A DNA stretch of 64,000 nt from Rhodosorus marinus CCMP1338 (GCA_029953675.1 JAMWBK010000002.1:2914001-2978000), one strand, 5' to 3'; counted from the stretch's first letter, positions 36,795 to 49,181 are shown. Numbers and translations: made by a program. The notes: a model not told the origin generated them from the letters alone.

Positions 36795-38019
36795 GTCAAG
36801 AACGTAGGGAAGATACCCCTGACTGCTGCCGTTCAGCTTCTATCAGTCGGTAAAGGTATTGATGATAATCTGATCGGACTACAAAAGCAGGTCAATGCAC
36901 GGGTTGGTGTCGCCAGCGAGGTTCGTGATTCAGACAAGCCGTGGTCTTTTAGAATGATATGGACGTGGTGCGGAGGTGAGCGAGCTTCGTCTAGCTCCAA
37001 GGTATTGTCATAATGCTGACCGATTTGTGTTTGTATTTGCCGGTCAAGGGCACGCGGACTGGTCTGACGAGAAGTGGTTAGAACTTCTCGACAGGCTAGT
37101 ACAGGCCGGGATCAGCGGTGTCCTTCTCGGAGGTCCCCCAGCACAGGTTCGCAGAGTTGCCCCCGTGGCGAAGTCTGCGGGTTTAGCAGTGCATGCATGG
37201 ATGTGGACATTCTGCAGGCCTTCAGATGAGGTTGCCGAGAAGCACCTCGACTGGTATCAAGTCAGCCGAGAAGGAAAGTCTTCCCTCACCGTTCCTCCCT
37301 ATGTGGGATACTACAAATGGCTCTGTCCAAGTAACGAAGACGCTGTGCAACACATTCTAAAGACGGCGGAGGCTCTAGCGGTTATACCTGAAATCGATGC
37401 TGTTCATATGGACTACCTACGCTTTCCTGACGTTATACTGGCAAAGGGCCTCCAACCAAAGTATGGGATAGTGCAGGACCGAGAATACCCTCAGTGGGAT
37501 TTTTGTTACTGTGAGAGATGTGTTGCAGCCTTCAAAAAGGCGTCTGGAATCAGTGTCAACGAGGCCGACGACCCCCCATCCATTCCGGCTTGGAAAGAGT
37601 TTCGCTATGCTCTTATCCAGAAAGCCGTGGACAGAGTTCGGTCAGTATCTTCAAGAGGAGGAAAACAGTTATCCGCAGCCGTTTTCCCCCACCCGGAGCT
37701 CGCTAGATTCATCTGTCGGCAATCGTGGGACGACTTCGATGTTGACGCGTATTTTCCCATGACCTACCAGAACTTTTATGAGGAATCCATTGAATGGATC
37801 GGCGAGGCATGCTCCAAAGGAGTTTCAGCACTAAGATTGAAAGGAAAGGAGAGCGCCCTTTACGCAGGATTATACTTACCGTCACTTTCCTCCGAGGACC
37901 AATTTCGCGAGGCAATAGAGGCTGCTCTCTCAAACGGTGCCGATGGCGTCAGCCTTTTTGACGCGGAAAACCTCCTCCCGTACCATTTCAAGGTGTTGAC
38001 CAGTCTCAACTCCGGCTAA
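36795..38019 (+). CDS. Glycoside hydrolase, GHL10/DUF187-like TIM barrel; exons at least 36795-36975 and 37049-38019; further upstream exons likely
   Basis: Contains GLAVHAWMW, HLDWYQVSREG, YYKWLCPS, VHMDYLRFP, FCYCERC, LSAAVFP, RQSWDDF, YFPMTY and GADGVSLF, the motif order of GHL10-type proteins. There is one phase-1 intron at 36976-37048. Confidence 0.8.
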
Positions 38020-38520
38020 TTTGCTTGCCACGTCTTTCGGGTGGGAGAATTTTACACATGGAGTTTTGAACTTGAGATCAATGACTACAGATGAAAAGTG
38101 TTCGTATCTATTTATTTGGAAAAACACAAACGACAGCTCTTTCAAACGAGGATTGGCTCCCAAGCTTATCACACGGAACCAAACACGTGCGCGCTTCCCG
38201 GAAAATAGAAGCGCAATAGTTTATAGCTATGAAACAACGGCAAGCTGGACATCGGGACAGCTAGCGAGCTTAGTCACACGGAATCAGACGCATGTCTCCT
38301 CCTCGGCAGAACAGAAGCGCAATTGAGACAGGTCGTGAAAGGAATACAAAGTCACCGGCAGACCATTCTTGGGCCTCGACTCTCAAACCGACGTACACAG
38401 TTGCAAGGGGATCGCAAAATACTCCGATACAAACTTGTACTCGAAGGTGAGCAAACTAACCTCCAAAGTAAGACCCCCACTGTTTCCCCTCGCAGAATCT
38501 TCTAGTACCGTCACATAGCA

Positions 38521-39255
38521 TTACAACGCGGCCAGGTTCTCGCAATCCTCAATGCTGATGTTATTACACAGGTCAATATATTCACAGATAACAGGACGAC
38601 TGAGCTCCGTCCACTTACGAAGTCCCAGCACGACTACTTCGTTCGACGCAATGCCCCCACCCATCCGGCGGAAAAATTCCGTTTTCGAAGGAGCGCCGTT
38701 CATTAGTAGTCTGAAGGCGTGGGCCCTAAATCCGTGGCAGCCAGCGAGAGTTTCATTGTACGCCTTCTTGAGAACCCGGCTAAGGTTTCTATCATCTGGA
38801 TCCGCGATACAGTAGTCGATGCTCTTCCAAAAGAACTGCAGTGTTCTCTTCAGCCAGAGGAGACCTTCTCGGCCTGAATCGCGGTAGTAGGCATCCAGAT
38901 CAGTCTCTTTCTCGACAATTTCTGTCACAGTCTTAACCCCATTGACAAGAGCGCTTTTTTCTATCTTCTTCAAATTGCCCGTCATGTCTCCGACAACAAT
39001 GCCCGCTGCTGGTCCCGCACCTTTCATTAGCGCTTCCACAACTGTGACAAGGCCATCGACGGCGCCTCTCAGATCTTCGACAGTGGCCACATCAAACCAG
39101 GATTCAATAATTTTATCTGCTCTCGACGATGCCTTTTCGACCTCCTCCACGATTTTCCGGGGCTCCTCCAATCCCCCGCACCCCCGTTCTTCCGTGAATG
39201 TCCAAAGCGCATCCTCAGCAAAGGTCGGCTTCGCAAGAGCGCAGTCAGCGTCCAT
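38521..39255 (-). CDS. Glycolipid transfer protein (GLTP) domain protein, paralog 1; first in-frame ATG at 39255, upstream exon possible
   Basis: Contains GDMTGNLKKI, SGREGLLWLKRTLQF and AYNETLAGCHG. Confidence 0.85.
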   Translation of the reverse strand: MDADCALAKPTFAEDALWTFTEERGCGGLEEPRKIVEEVEKASSRADKIIESWFDVATVEDLRGAVDGLVTVVEALMKGAGPAAGIVVGDMTGNLKKIEKSALVNGVKTVTEIVEKETDLDAYYRDSGREGLLWLKRTLQFFWKSIDYCIADPDDRNLSRVLKKAYNETLAGCHGFRAHAFRLLMNGAPSKTEFFRRMGGGIASNEVVVLGLRKWTELSRPVICEYIDLCNNISIEDCENLAAL

Positions 39256-40786
39256 ATCGCCGCTCTCTTCAAGAATAAGAACGGCCTCAACCAAAACAAT
39301 AATCGACAACCTCACAGCTGATCAAACCATCACAACCCTACCTCTGTCTACAAACCCAAAATTCTAGCCCTCCATGTCGTCCTCACCCTCAGCCGCTCCT
39401 CCCATATACCAGACGCGAAAAGCCTCAGGACACTTACCACTCCCCCTCGGCGTCCTCGCAGCCGTACAATCATATCCCCATCAAACAGCGATGCCTTTTT
39501 ATCATCTCAAATCGGATAAGAGAACCCCTCCACCCCCTTGCCACATTTCGTAACCGCCACAAAATGACCAATCCAGCGATGTCCAAAAATTTCTTCATAT
39601 CCTACTAAACCAACCATCAACATACAGGTGTCATTATTATCCAATAAATATCTACTTAAATATCTTCAAGCAACAAATTCTTTACGCGTGTCTCCTAGAT
39701 TTTTTTTGGACGAGCAAACCTCACCTCCTACCCCCGCGCTCCCTCGTTTCCAACCCCCTCTTTCACGGCCGATTTCGTCCCTCTTGTGGGAATGGCGAAT
39801 TTTATATATATCAAACATTACAAATGGTAATTGAAAAATGCAAGAAAAATTGAGTGATGGAGGATATTTTTTTTAACGGAAAGGTTTTGGGACGATCATT
39901 TTGATTCTGCACGTCCATGATTGGTCAGCACGGTAGGATTTTATTTTGGAGAAAAAACAAATATCTTGAAAAAGAATGAATTTTTTGAATTCGTGTTTTT
40001 TTTTATCTCGAGGGGTTGGGTTTAGCGGCTAAGATTGGGACAACGGATTCCCGGGAGTTTCGTTTGAAATAAAAGTGAAAAAGAGTAAGAGCTCAGGATT
40101 GTCATTTTCTAAGGAGCGTTTACCCTCCTTGTCTTTTGGCGTAGGATTGTGGTACGGGACAACTAAAGTAATATTTTAGAAGAAAACGATACTTGAATTT
40201 TTGAATGTTTTTTTTTCAAATTCAATGGATTCTTGGGGTCCTGCTGCTCTGGTGTTGAAAGGGAATCTGACGTGATCTGATAGTGGGTTGGATCGTGAGT
40301 TGTTGGACAAGATTTGAGCGTGAGGAGGACTTGTCCACGGCTGGTGGCAGGTGGCTCGAAGGTTCAGCCTCATCTATTGGCGTCCTAGCAATAGCATGTG
40401 GCTGATGAACACGACAAGGATTTCTAGCTCGCCATGACACATGCGACTAGCACTCAAACCGGTCCTTCCGAGCCGTTCTGTTTCACCAAAATCCTGGTTT
40501 GTGCAGGAAGTGAGAGCCCAAATTTGAGGGCGAGACGGCGTGCAACGTGCGTATGGTCTCTCGCCATCATTCGTGATCAACGAAAGCGAAAAAACTCCGA
40601 CACTGCGTAGGTAAAGTCGTCAGATTATCCGTGAACTCATCAGAAACTCTACCAGACCGCAGTTTTTTAGGTTTCTGGTCTCCGAAGGCACGAGGCTAGT
40701 GGTAATTGAACCAGAAAAAAAGCTCTTCTTTAAATGTTTCAATTGTTGAGAGATAAAATAATACATAAGAATCTACAGTAGACAGC

Positions 40787-41467
40787 CTAAACAACTTGTT
40801 GGCAGGTCATAACGTTTTCGATCTGTAAGTTATTGAACTCTACCACCAAGTTGGAGATCATTGGGTACGAGCAATACAACCACGCAGAAAGTTCGTTCTG
40901 TACAGTAGCAGTATCCGAGGAAAGGCGTTCGAAAAACACGCGCTTCTTCGGCATACCGTTCATAGCGAACTTGAAACCGCGAGCATTCAATCCGTGACAG
41001 GGTGCGAGCGTCTTATCATAGGCAGATTTTGTTACGCTAGCAAGGCCCTTCTCGAATCCCTCAGCAACGGCGTTCCGTATGATCAATCGGACGAACTGCA
41101 GCGTCCGCTTCATCCACAGGAGCGCCTCGCGTCCAGAGTTTCTGAGCGCGACTCCAGAGGAAATTTCGTTTTGGATCATCTCCCGCACTGTCCCAGCTCC
41201 GACCCTCCGTGCGGCTAGGACTAGTTTCTCGAGGTTTTTCTCGTTGTCGCCCTTGACCATACCGCTCATGAGCATTCCTTTCAGGAGTGAATCGAAAACT
41301 CCAATCACAGCCTGGTAAGCTTTCTCAAACACCTCGATGGACGCATCCAGACCTTTTCCATCTATTCTCTTCCACGAACTCAAAAGTTCCACCAGCGGAC
41401 CCTCAGTCACCCTGACCTCAGGACCTAAGTCCAAGACGGGCTTCGTCAATACAATTCCAGTTGCCAT
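40787..41467 (-). CDS. Glycolipid transfer protein (GLTP) domain protein, paralog 2; 226 aa
   Basis: Contains GDNEKNLEKL, SGREALLWMKRTLQF and AYDKTLAPCHG. Confidence 0.88.
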   Translation of the reverse strand: MATGIVLTKPVLDLGPEVRVTEGPLVELLSSWKRIDGKGLDASIEVFEKAYQAVIGVFDSLLKGMLMSGMVKGDNEKNLEKLVLAARRVGAGTVREMIQNEISSGVALRNSGREALLWMKRTLQFVRLIIRNAVAEGFEKGLASVTKSAYDKTLAPCHGLNARGFKFAMNGMPKKRVFFERLSSDTATVQNELSAWLYCSYPMISNLVVEFNNLQIENVMTCQQVV

Positions 41468-42807
41468 TCTTGACCACCGTGTTTCTTATGTGCAAACAAG
41501 CAGCTTTCGTATTGCGTACGTGAACGACCAGATCGCGCTCAGTCCAAGCCTCCCAAGTACATGAGTACATCAGCCTTTATACCTGTCAACCATCAAACTA
41601 ACCACTCCGTCTACGCAACACAAGCAGATAATCCATCCCCAAAATTAGGAAAAGCCACCCCCTCTCAAAAACAAAAGGCATAAACTAAAAAGCTAAAAAG
41701 GACCTCTACCCCATGACAACCAAGAACAGCAACACCATCACGGAAAATTCCATTCCCAATATCCACCAGGCTCTTGTGCTTTTTTCCTAATAAAATGCAA
41801 CAGTCTAGTCAGAGAATACCAACTCGGAACCCACTCTTAGTCCTCGCCCGACCCGACCGACTTTGCACAGCCCGATGAATAAAAAAGAACAAAAAACAAA
41901 CCAATAATAATTTTCATTTATGAGTAAATAAAATTCCGTATTTGGACAGTCCTAATACATAAAACAACGAAAATACATACATAATAATGCCATATAATAT
42001 ATAAATTTATTAGGTATCCGATAATCTATATAGAATCTGAAGGGTTTTCTACAAAATTTCATAGCCGGTGGAATACAGTCCATTTTTCTTCTTACGAAAC
42101 GAAAATACTGTCCGAAATGTTTGAGGTAGGGCTTTGTAGTATTGGTGAATTTTTTGAGGAGTCGCCCGGCCAGCAGGCTGGCTGAGGTGGTTTATCGAAG
42201 AGAGGCATTGGATCGGCATAAAATGCTTCTTTGATTTTTTAATGATTTCTTAAACTTCCTTTCTAACCCAACCGCACCCCCCCCCCCTTAGATCGTGGTC
42301 ATTTCGAAATTTCCTCCTTTGCGATCTGCTTGTTTTTTCCTTTTTTTCTCTATGCTTGAAGAAATCTGATCCGAGAGGAAAAAACGAGAGGAAAATGAAA
42401 GGGGGGCGGGGGGTTTGTTTGAAATGGACTATTATTTATTATCTTTTATTGATGTTATGAGGGACATCAACTGCTTTTGGAGCCGAGTCAAAACTGCGCG
42501 TGCTAGACGCAGCCAGGATGTTTGCAGCTACTGCCCCGTCCTGGTTTGGTTGCTGGGAGAGCTTCTTTGTCCCTTCGGACGTTTTGGCTTTGTTCCCGAG
42601 ACTGCCCTGAGCTGCAAGAATGGTACAAGTGGCCGTAGCCAGTCAGCAGAGGAGCTGTCCTCGGACAAGGAATCATAGAACTTCTGCGTTCCTTGTGTCT
42701 GAAAGTTTGCAAGCTACGAGCTTCGTTGACTTGCCGTGGTATCTATGTGCGTTAAATATTTATTTACACAGAATCAATAATAATACTCTTAGGCAAAGTC
42801 TGAAACA

Positions 42808-45615
42808 CTAGTGGCGGTTAAGATGCGGCAAGTTTAACTGCCACTTCTGAGATGGCTTCTTCATCTGCTTTTCTAGCAGCTCTCCTATGCCTTCACTGTT
42901 CACGGATTGCCTCGCTGCTACTAAAGCATGCAAGCGATGCGACCAAAGCCTGCTGATCTTCCTCGATGCCTTCACGAAATTAAGCCCAGCACCTCCCGCG
43001 CTCTGGAACATGAGAACGGCATGAGTATCATGCACGGAAACATCAATTGCAAGCTTCATGTCGTGTTCGGGAAGCGTGCAGAAAAAGATTTCCCTATCCT
43101 TCTCGCGGGAGGCCACTCTATGAGCACCGCCATCAGAGAGAATCGACTCCACGATCTTCGATGCCAGCTCAACTTGCGCTGCACCTCGCAGCGTTACGGG
43201 AGATTCGTAGCGATACGACGTCAACAGTGGTTTCAACGAAGTCTTAGAGTAGGACGTGAACCAGTTATCAACCAACACCTCGCTTGCCGTCGGTCGCGAG
43301 GCCGGATTTACTGACAGTAGCCTGGCAAGTAATTGCTGCGCACTTAACGAGATCCCTGTTATCGGCTCATAGTCATGAGCCCTGATAGCTTTCACTACTC
43401 CATCAGGGCTGTTTGCCACAAAGGGTGGTCTTCCTTTCAACAGCCAGTACATACAAACACCAACAGCCCACATATCGGCAGCCATTCCGGAATAAGCTTG
43501 CTTTGCAATCTGCTCAGGGGATAACGCGTACAGAGAGCCGACCACGGCCTCACCATCAAGAATGTCCCACCCCGGCGGCATTTGAAGAGCAGTGTCGAAG
43601 TCAGCAAGTTCTACCATGTCCTTCGCTGTGTTGTAAAGCAGGTTCCGCAATTGCAGGTCACGGTGGCAAATTCCCCTCTCGTGTAGGCCCAGCAATGCAC
43701 TAGCGAGCGCATGAATTATCATCTGTGCCTCTTCTTCCGAAGCTAGGGGTCCGTCTACGTGCTCCGCCGGTGTGTCGGGAATATTGCACTGACCTCCAAC
43801 AGAAGCGAGCTTGTCTGTGCGGTGCCGCAAAGAAAGCACGCGCAAACTATCGCGGACCTTGTGTCGTTGCTCCATTCCAGTGCGATGACCAACATCAACT
43901 TTCGCCGCCGGCATGTGAACCATAGTCTCAACACTCATTGGACTTCCCCTGAAGTTCAAAAACAAGAGCTTTTAGTGAGAAGAAGACTTAGCTTTTGGAG
44001 CTTTGTAGATGGGGCCTTACGTTCTGTGGCTGAGCGCGTGCGAGCGTCTCTCATCAAAGCTGTTTCTCGGCGAAGCCCTTGGCGAAGTCCTCGGCGAAGC
44101 CCTCGGTGAGCTCCTCGGCGAGCTCCTAGCGGAACCAATATCGGACATATTGTCCGTGAGCTCCATTCGACGGTAGCTCAGCAGTTCAAAGAGTGAGCCG
44201 CCACCGCAAAACGGATAAACAAGGTTGATTTGGTCGTCCGACACAATAACGTCAATAATGCTGGTCACATGAGGGTGAGGCAGAACTGCTTCGTACACCT
44301 TGAGCAGACTCTCAACATCTGGGTTTGCTTTCATGACGGTGTCGACTTTGATTTCTGCTCCAGCGTCGCGTCTTAAATAGCTCTTCAAGGCCACCCGTTT
44401 ATCCGTAAACACATCTCGCCCCAGATGTATGACGCCGTTCGCACCCGTGCCAATACTGCTTTTAACTTCATACCTAACAACATCGCGCAAGTCCTTTGTC
44501 AGACAAGCAGCGGTGGTTGAGACTTTCAACCAAAAGGCTTTCAAGCTCACCTCCCCACTGGCTTTACCTCGCCTCCTCTCTGCTGATAGATTTTCGAAAT
44601 GAGATCCGCAACATTCATGAAGTCGTGATCCTTTAGCACATTCTTGCTTTCGTGCGAATAAACTTCAATCAGATTCACAGTAGTCTGCTTGATGGTCTCC
44701 TCATCAACGCTGATAGGATCAAACTGGTGGCATCTCTGCGCCCCAGGAAATTTCGTGGAAAACGCGAGCTGCTCAATGTCGATTGTGTCTTCATAGAGGA
44801 TTACGAGCAGCGCGCTCAGCGTATCCACTGTAACCACTGAGCGGTTCAATCCATCTTCCTGTACAGTTATCAGCTTCCACAACCAGGAACAAAAACTTTC
44901 CTTATGATCACGTATCGACTCCGCCATCCGCTCTCTGTCATCAGTGAGCATACGCTCGGACGCTAATGCGGAAATTGCCAAATTTTGCAGGTGGCAACTT
45001 TCCTCAACTGTGTCACAAGGATCCCTCAAGGACTTAATCTGACCAGCAGCCCTGTCCCAGATGCTCCGTGAGTGCACTTCCCCGAGAATCTTCCGTATTA
45101 CAAAAGGAGTCAGCAGTCGGGCATTATCCCGTTTGTCCCATTCAGATACCGCAGATAACAACCTATCTCTCTTCCATTTCGGTAATCCTCGATAGCGCTT
45201 TTTTGCTTGAGTATTGTACTTGTGCCACCTCGTCAAGGTCTACAACAAAAAAAAAGCGTCGTATCAGTATACCCAGTAGTTTATAGAACACGCCCGCAAG
45301 TGGGACGATACTACCTACCTTTTCCACATCCCGTCGTGAAAACCGGCCATCCAAATCTCCATCTGCATGGTATAAGGACGCTAGCGATATAGGCACGACC
45401 AGTTTGGACTGGCCGTTTATTGTTGCGACGTCCGTCAGTCCGTTAACGTTCCTCAAAATCTTCAGAAGATCACACTTCTTTCCGCACTCAGCCTTTCTGT
45501 CGCTGCTTTCCTCCTCAGGGCTGCCCTCGCCGTGAAGCGCGAACAGGTCCGCCGCGATATCGAACACGACAAGCGACCTACTCCCAGCAGCGGCGGATGA
45601 CATTTGGTTCCCCAT
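42808..45615 (-). CDS. Atypical CAMK/SNF1-like protein kinase with N-terminal EF-hand-like region and KA1-like C-terminus; exons 45615-45319, 45239-44551, 44473-44021, 43948-42808; about 859 aa
   Basis: G-loop IGTGANGV, VALK, HRDLQLRN, DFD, SPE and DMWAVG are present. The EF-loop reads DGDLDGRFSRRD and the N-terminus is MGNQMS. Three phase-compatible introns link the four ORFs. Confidence 0.8.
44066..44127. repeat. Degenerate 5 x 12-bp repeat encoding (x-S-P-R)5 within the kinase insert
   Basis: cggcgaagccct-type units translate on the minus strand as RSSPRSSPRASPRTSPRASPR. Confidence 0.85.
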
Positions 45616-45955
45616 TCCGCACAGAATAGACTACCCGGAACCCAAGTCGAATCCTCAAAAGTAACTACAACTCACTCCGAAACTATCAAAGAACGGCAGC
45701 TCCCATCTCTTAACAAAACTCCCAAAAGCACAACTACAAAACAAAACCTCTCAAAAGCTAAACCAAGTCAAAGACCTCACGAGAAACCCTCCTCCCTCAA
45801 AAACCATGACCTTCCCCTTAATTTATATATACCTCATTGAGGAACCCTGAAGTATTTATAAGTCGCCCTAGTCTTGACGCGGTTAGTTCCCAAGCCAGCC
45901 GTACCACCAACATTGCACACCCCGAAATCTCTTCCGCCTTCCCAGCAGCGAGAGC

Positions 45956-46052
45956 AGAAATGTCTCTTAGATTCTGTCTGCGGAACAGCTCATTGGGGCA
46001 AAAAGGCAGGCCGAATGAGCTGTTCCGCAGACAGAATCTAAGAGACATTTCT
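45956..46052. repeat. Perfect 39-bp inverted repeat with a 19-nt loop (long hairpin)
   Basis: agaaatgtctcttagattctgtctgcggaacagctcatt (45956-45994) is the exact reverse complement of 46014-46052. Confidence 0.95.
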
Positions 46053-46618
46053 ATCACGAAGATATAACAAAATTCCAAAGAAACAATATGTATATGACGC
46101 GTGTTAGGTATTAATTCGATAAATTTCAATGGTAGGTAAGTTTTTATCTGACACGTGGCCTTGTGCGTGTCATGACTGTCTGATTGGTGGACTAATTTGT
46201 CCAGACGCTTCCTCACAAGCCGATTTCGTTTTTACTATATATTTTCTGGAATCCACTAGAAGCAGGAGATTGAGGTCCTCGGTAAGTGTGGTTGATGCAA
46301 GTTGGATACGGATGGTGAAATTAGAAAGTATTTTGCTGAGGTTGCATTATGTCAAGCCCGGTGTAGCAGAGGATTGGACAACGGAATATGAATAGCTGCT
46401 GTATGGGTGAATAGATATTAGAATTGATTTTTGTTTTCGAGGTCCGAGCTTGAATATGCACATAAATATACCAATATTGAGGAATTAGTTATCCAATAGT
46501 TTCTATTAGAATATTTTAGGAGTTATGATCGGTTGGAGATTGATATGGAATAGTATAATTGGATGATTAACAGCAAAATAGGTACTGATTCGTTGGGTTG
46601 GATGCAGTAGTACGAAAC

Positions 46619-47166
46619 TTAACGGACTTGGCTCGAGAGGCAAGTCCGTGTGAAGCAGCGGGCTGGCGTAATGTCCGAGATCACATCTAAGGGACTGGAA
46701 AGATTCTTCTTGGCGAGAACTGCATCCTTGCTTGCCTTCTCCAAAACATAGAACTCGGCATGTATCACGCAAGCCGGTTGGTACTCATCCGCTGAACGCT
46801 TGAGGCCATGTGCTAGGTTTCCCATGCCGTCTGCCTTTTCCAATAGTTCCAGCTTCGCGTTTGCACCGGAAAAGATCCACTTGACAATGTTATTCTGGCG
46901 CACCAGCGTATCCGCGAGCAGCGTGGATATTCGACAGGCGACTTTGAATCATGGAATAATCATAAGAGGTAGAGACCGAAAAATTGGTCTGCACTATACT
47001 CCCATTAAACCGATCTGTCTGTCTATCTGTCTGTGTACCCAAATCAACACAAGAACCTGATGCCGGCGTGGGCTTCTCACGGGGTCCAAGACAAGCGACG
47101 AGTGCATTTATCAGGCCAGCACATCGCCAACAATTCTGACTCTGTTGTGGTTTTTGTCTACCTAAG
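46619..47166 (-). CDS. Possible hypothetical gene fragment (exons about 47166-47064 and 46944-46619)
   Basis: A protein-like open frame of about 108 codons has a phase-compatible upstream exon. No family was recognised and the 5' end was not found. Confidence 0.25.
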
Positions 47167-48902
47167 TTAGAATGACCGCATCCAGGGTTTGTCAATTAGC
47201 GGCCTCTCATGTTCAGAGCGAAGGCAGCACTACTGCACAAGATCCTTGCACAAGATCCTTGCATGTCCCGAGGCTCCATTAGGAACGCAGACCCAGGGAT
47301 TGACCACACGTGACCCTTGACCTCCGGCAGAACGTTGTTAGACTTTTATTGAAAGGCTCGCAGTTGGGCGGAGCCGAACTACTTTCCAAAGCGATGACCA
47401 ACCTACACAAAAATGCTTCAGTTTATCCAATTTCCCGGAGGAAAAAGATATAGCACAACAAGGTGTCGCTTTGTAGGCTCGCAATCCATCAACTTCCAAA
47501 GCTTTTGCCGACGCTTCTCGGCTGGAATGTCTACGGCGCAATCATGATAAGAGTTGCTCACGCTTGCGCCAAGACGCTCCAGGCTCTTCCACCGGTTTTC
47601 GTAAAGCTATCAGTCCAAATCTCACACACGTTGGCACTGAGCTTTCCAAATCCAGCGGAGCCCAGACACAGTTGATCAGCTTTGTGTCGTGAGTCCGCTA
47701 TATGGAAAGCCGCACTGAATTCTCCCCATTTTGTCAATACTGTACTCTGTCAACGTTCTTGACAAAATACCCAATCAGCAAACCAACCCCTTGTCGTAGT
47801 CCTTCTAAAACGACAATTATTCTTTAGTAAATATATTTTTGAATTATACAAAGTGCGTAGAAACCATTCCGATCCTCCCTTGGATTTCTTCTATTGCTGT
47901 AAACCAAGTAAGTACCTCTAGAAGGAGAATCTTTGTGAACTTCAAAAAAACTGTGAATTTACGGAATTTGAATTAACAGCCTGTCCTACATTATTTCTTT
48001 TTCTTTTTTTGGAATCCTGGAGAAGCGCCAGTTCGGGTGATCGAAGCCCTATTGAATTTGTAAGAATCTGTAACTGCTGGGGTGGAAGAATAAGGTACAC
48101 AACTTTCGAAACCCCTCTATTCGCATCAGCGATAGAATTTCATCTGACATTCTCAGGGTGGTTGGCGAGCTATCCGAGGAAAAGCTGCTTCCATGAAATA
48201 CTGTTAAATTTTGGGCTCCTTACACTAGTAAAACAATCATTCATATCAATCTAGAATCGGTGAGCCAGTTGGGCCAAAGCAGGAGGGCGAGGAACGGTGA
48301 AAGCGTCTTCTAGGGGGTGTAGGAAGATTCCTTTTCGGAAAGGAATCCCAACAATTTGTATCGGAAAAAAGAGACACGATGATGAGGGAATTCAGAGGGA
48401 TGGTTTCCAAGGATTTTGATTACTTGGCCGCTTTCCTTGCTGACGTTGGTAGTTAAATCATCTACAATATTATTGGAGAGCAAAGACACGATCTGCGTTT
48501 TTATTGGTTTTAAGTCATCATATTTCAACGGTTTTCATTCACAAAGGGCTGGACATGAGCCCGCATCCGTTGTCCAAAATAGATGTTTGGAATTAAAAAT
48601 GGAAATATTGCCCGACTTTCCCGTTTCTTCTCCTCAAAGCCAGGGTGGGGTGGAGAGAGCCCAAAAATTTCTACTATAGTTGAAAACCATTTATTAATCC
48701 GCGATTTTGGATGGGTTTCTGGAAGCAGCGATTCCGCTTGTGGCGCTGTGGTCATTTGGCAGATGTATATAAGACCTATGCTGAGGGAAGGAGGAGAGAG
48801 AAATCCCAGGAAGCAAGCACACAAGGCAACAGTGTGAAAAGTATTCTAAGGAAGGAGCAGTCGGAAACTATTGAACATATATTTTGTATAGGAATCGAAA
48901 AC

Positions 48903-49181
48903 ATGGTGAACAAGGGAAGGACTCAGATTTGCGCGTTTGGAGTGTGCCGGTCCTTGCGGGTGAATGGACAGGCACCCTTTGCAACAGTTGCTGTTTTGAC
49001 ACCGGCGGTCAGGGCATCTGCATCATTGGCACCGCTTATGTCATTGCTGGTGGCTGTAACGACGAAGCACCCCGAGTTGATGGGAACTGTTGTCATTCCG
49101 CTTCTGATTGGAGGTGGCTTGATCTTCAACGGACTGCAGATGTTCAAGAAGGCGCAGATGAATGCTCAAATGCAGTTGTAG
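48903..49181 (+). CDS. Small hydrophobic hypothetical protein, 92 aa
   Basis: This is an ATG-initiated ORF with a C-terminal TM-like segment (GTVVIPLLIGGGLIFNGL), in a locally more GC-rich stretch. Confidence 0.35.
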   Translation: MVNKGRTQICAFGVCRSLRVNGQAPFATVAVLTPAVRASASLAPLMSLLVAVTTKHPELMGTVVIPLLIGGGLIFNGLQMFKKAQMNAQMQL

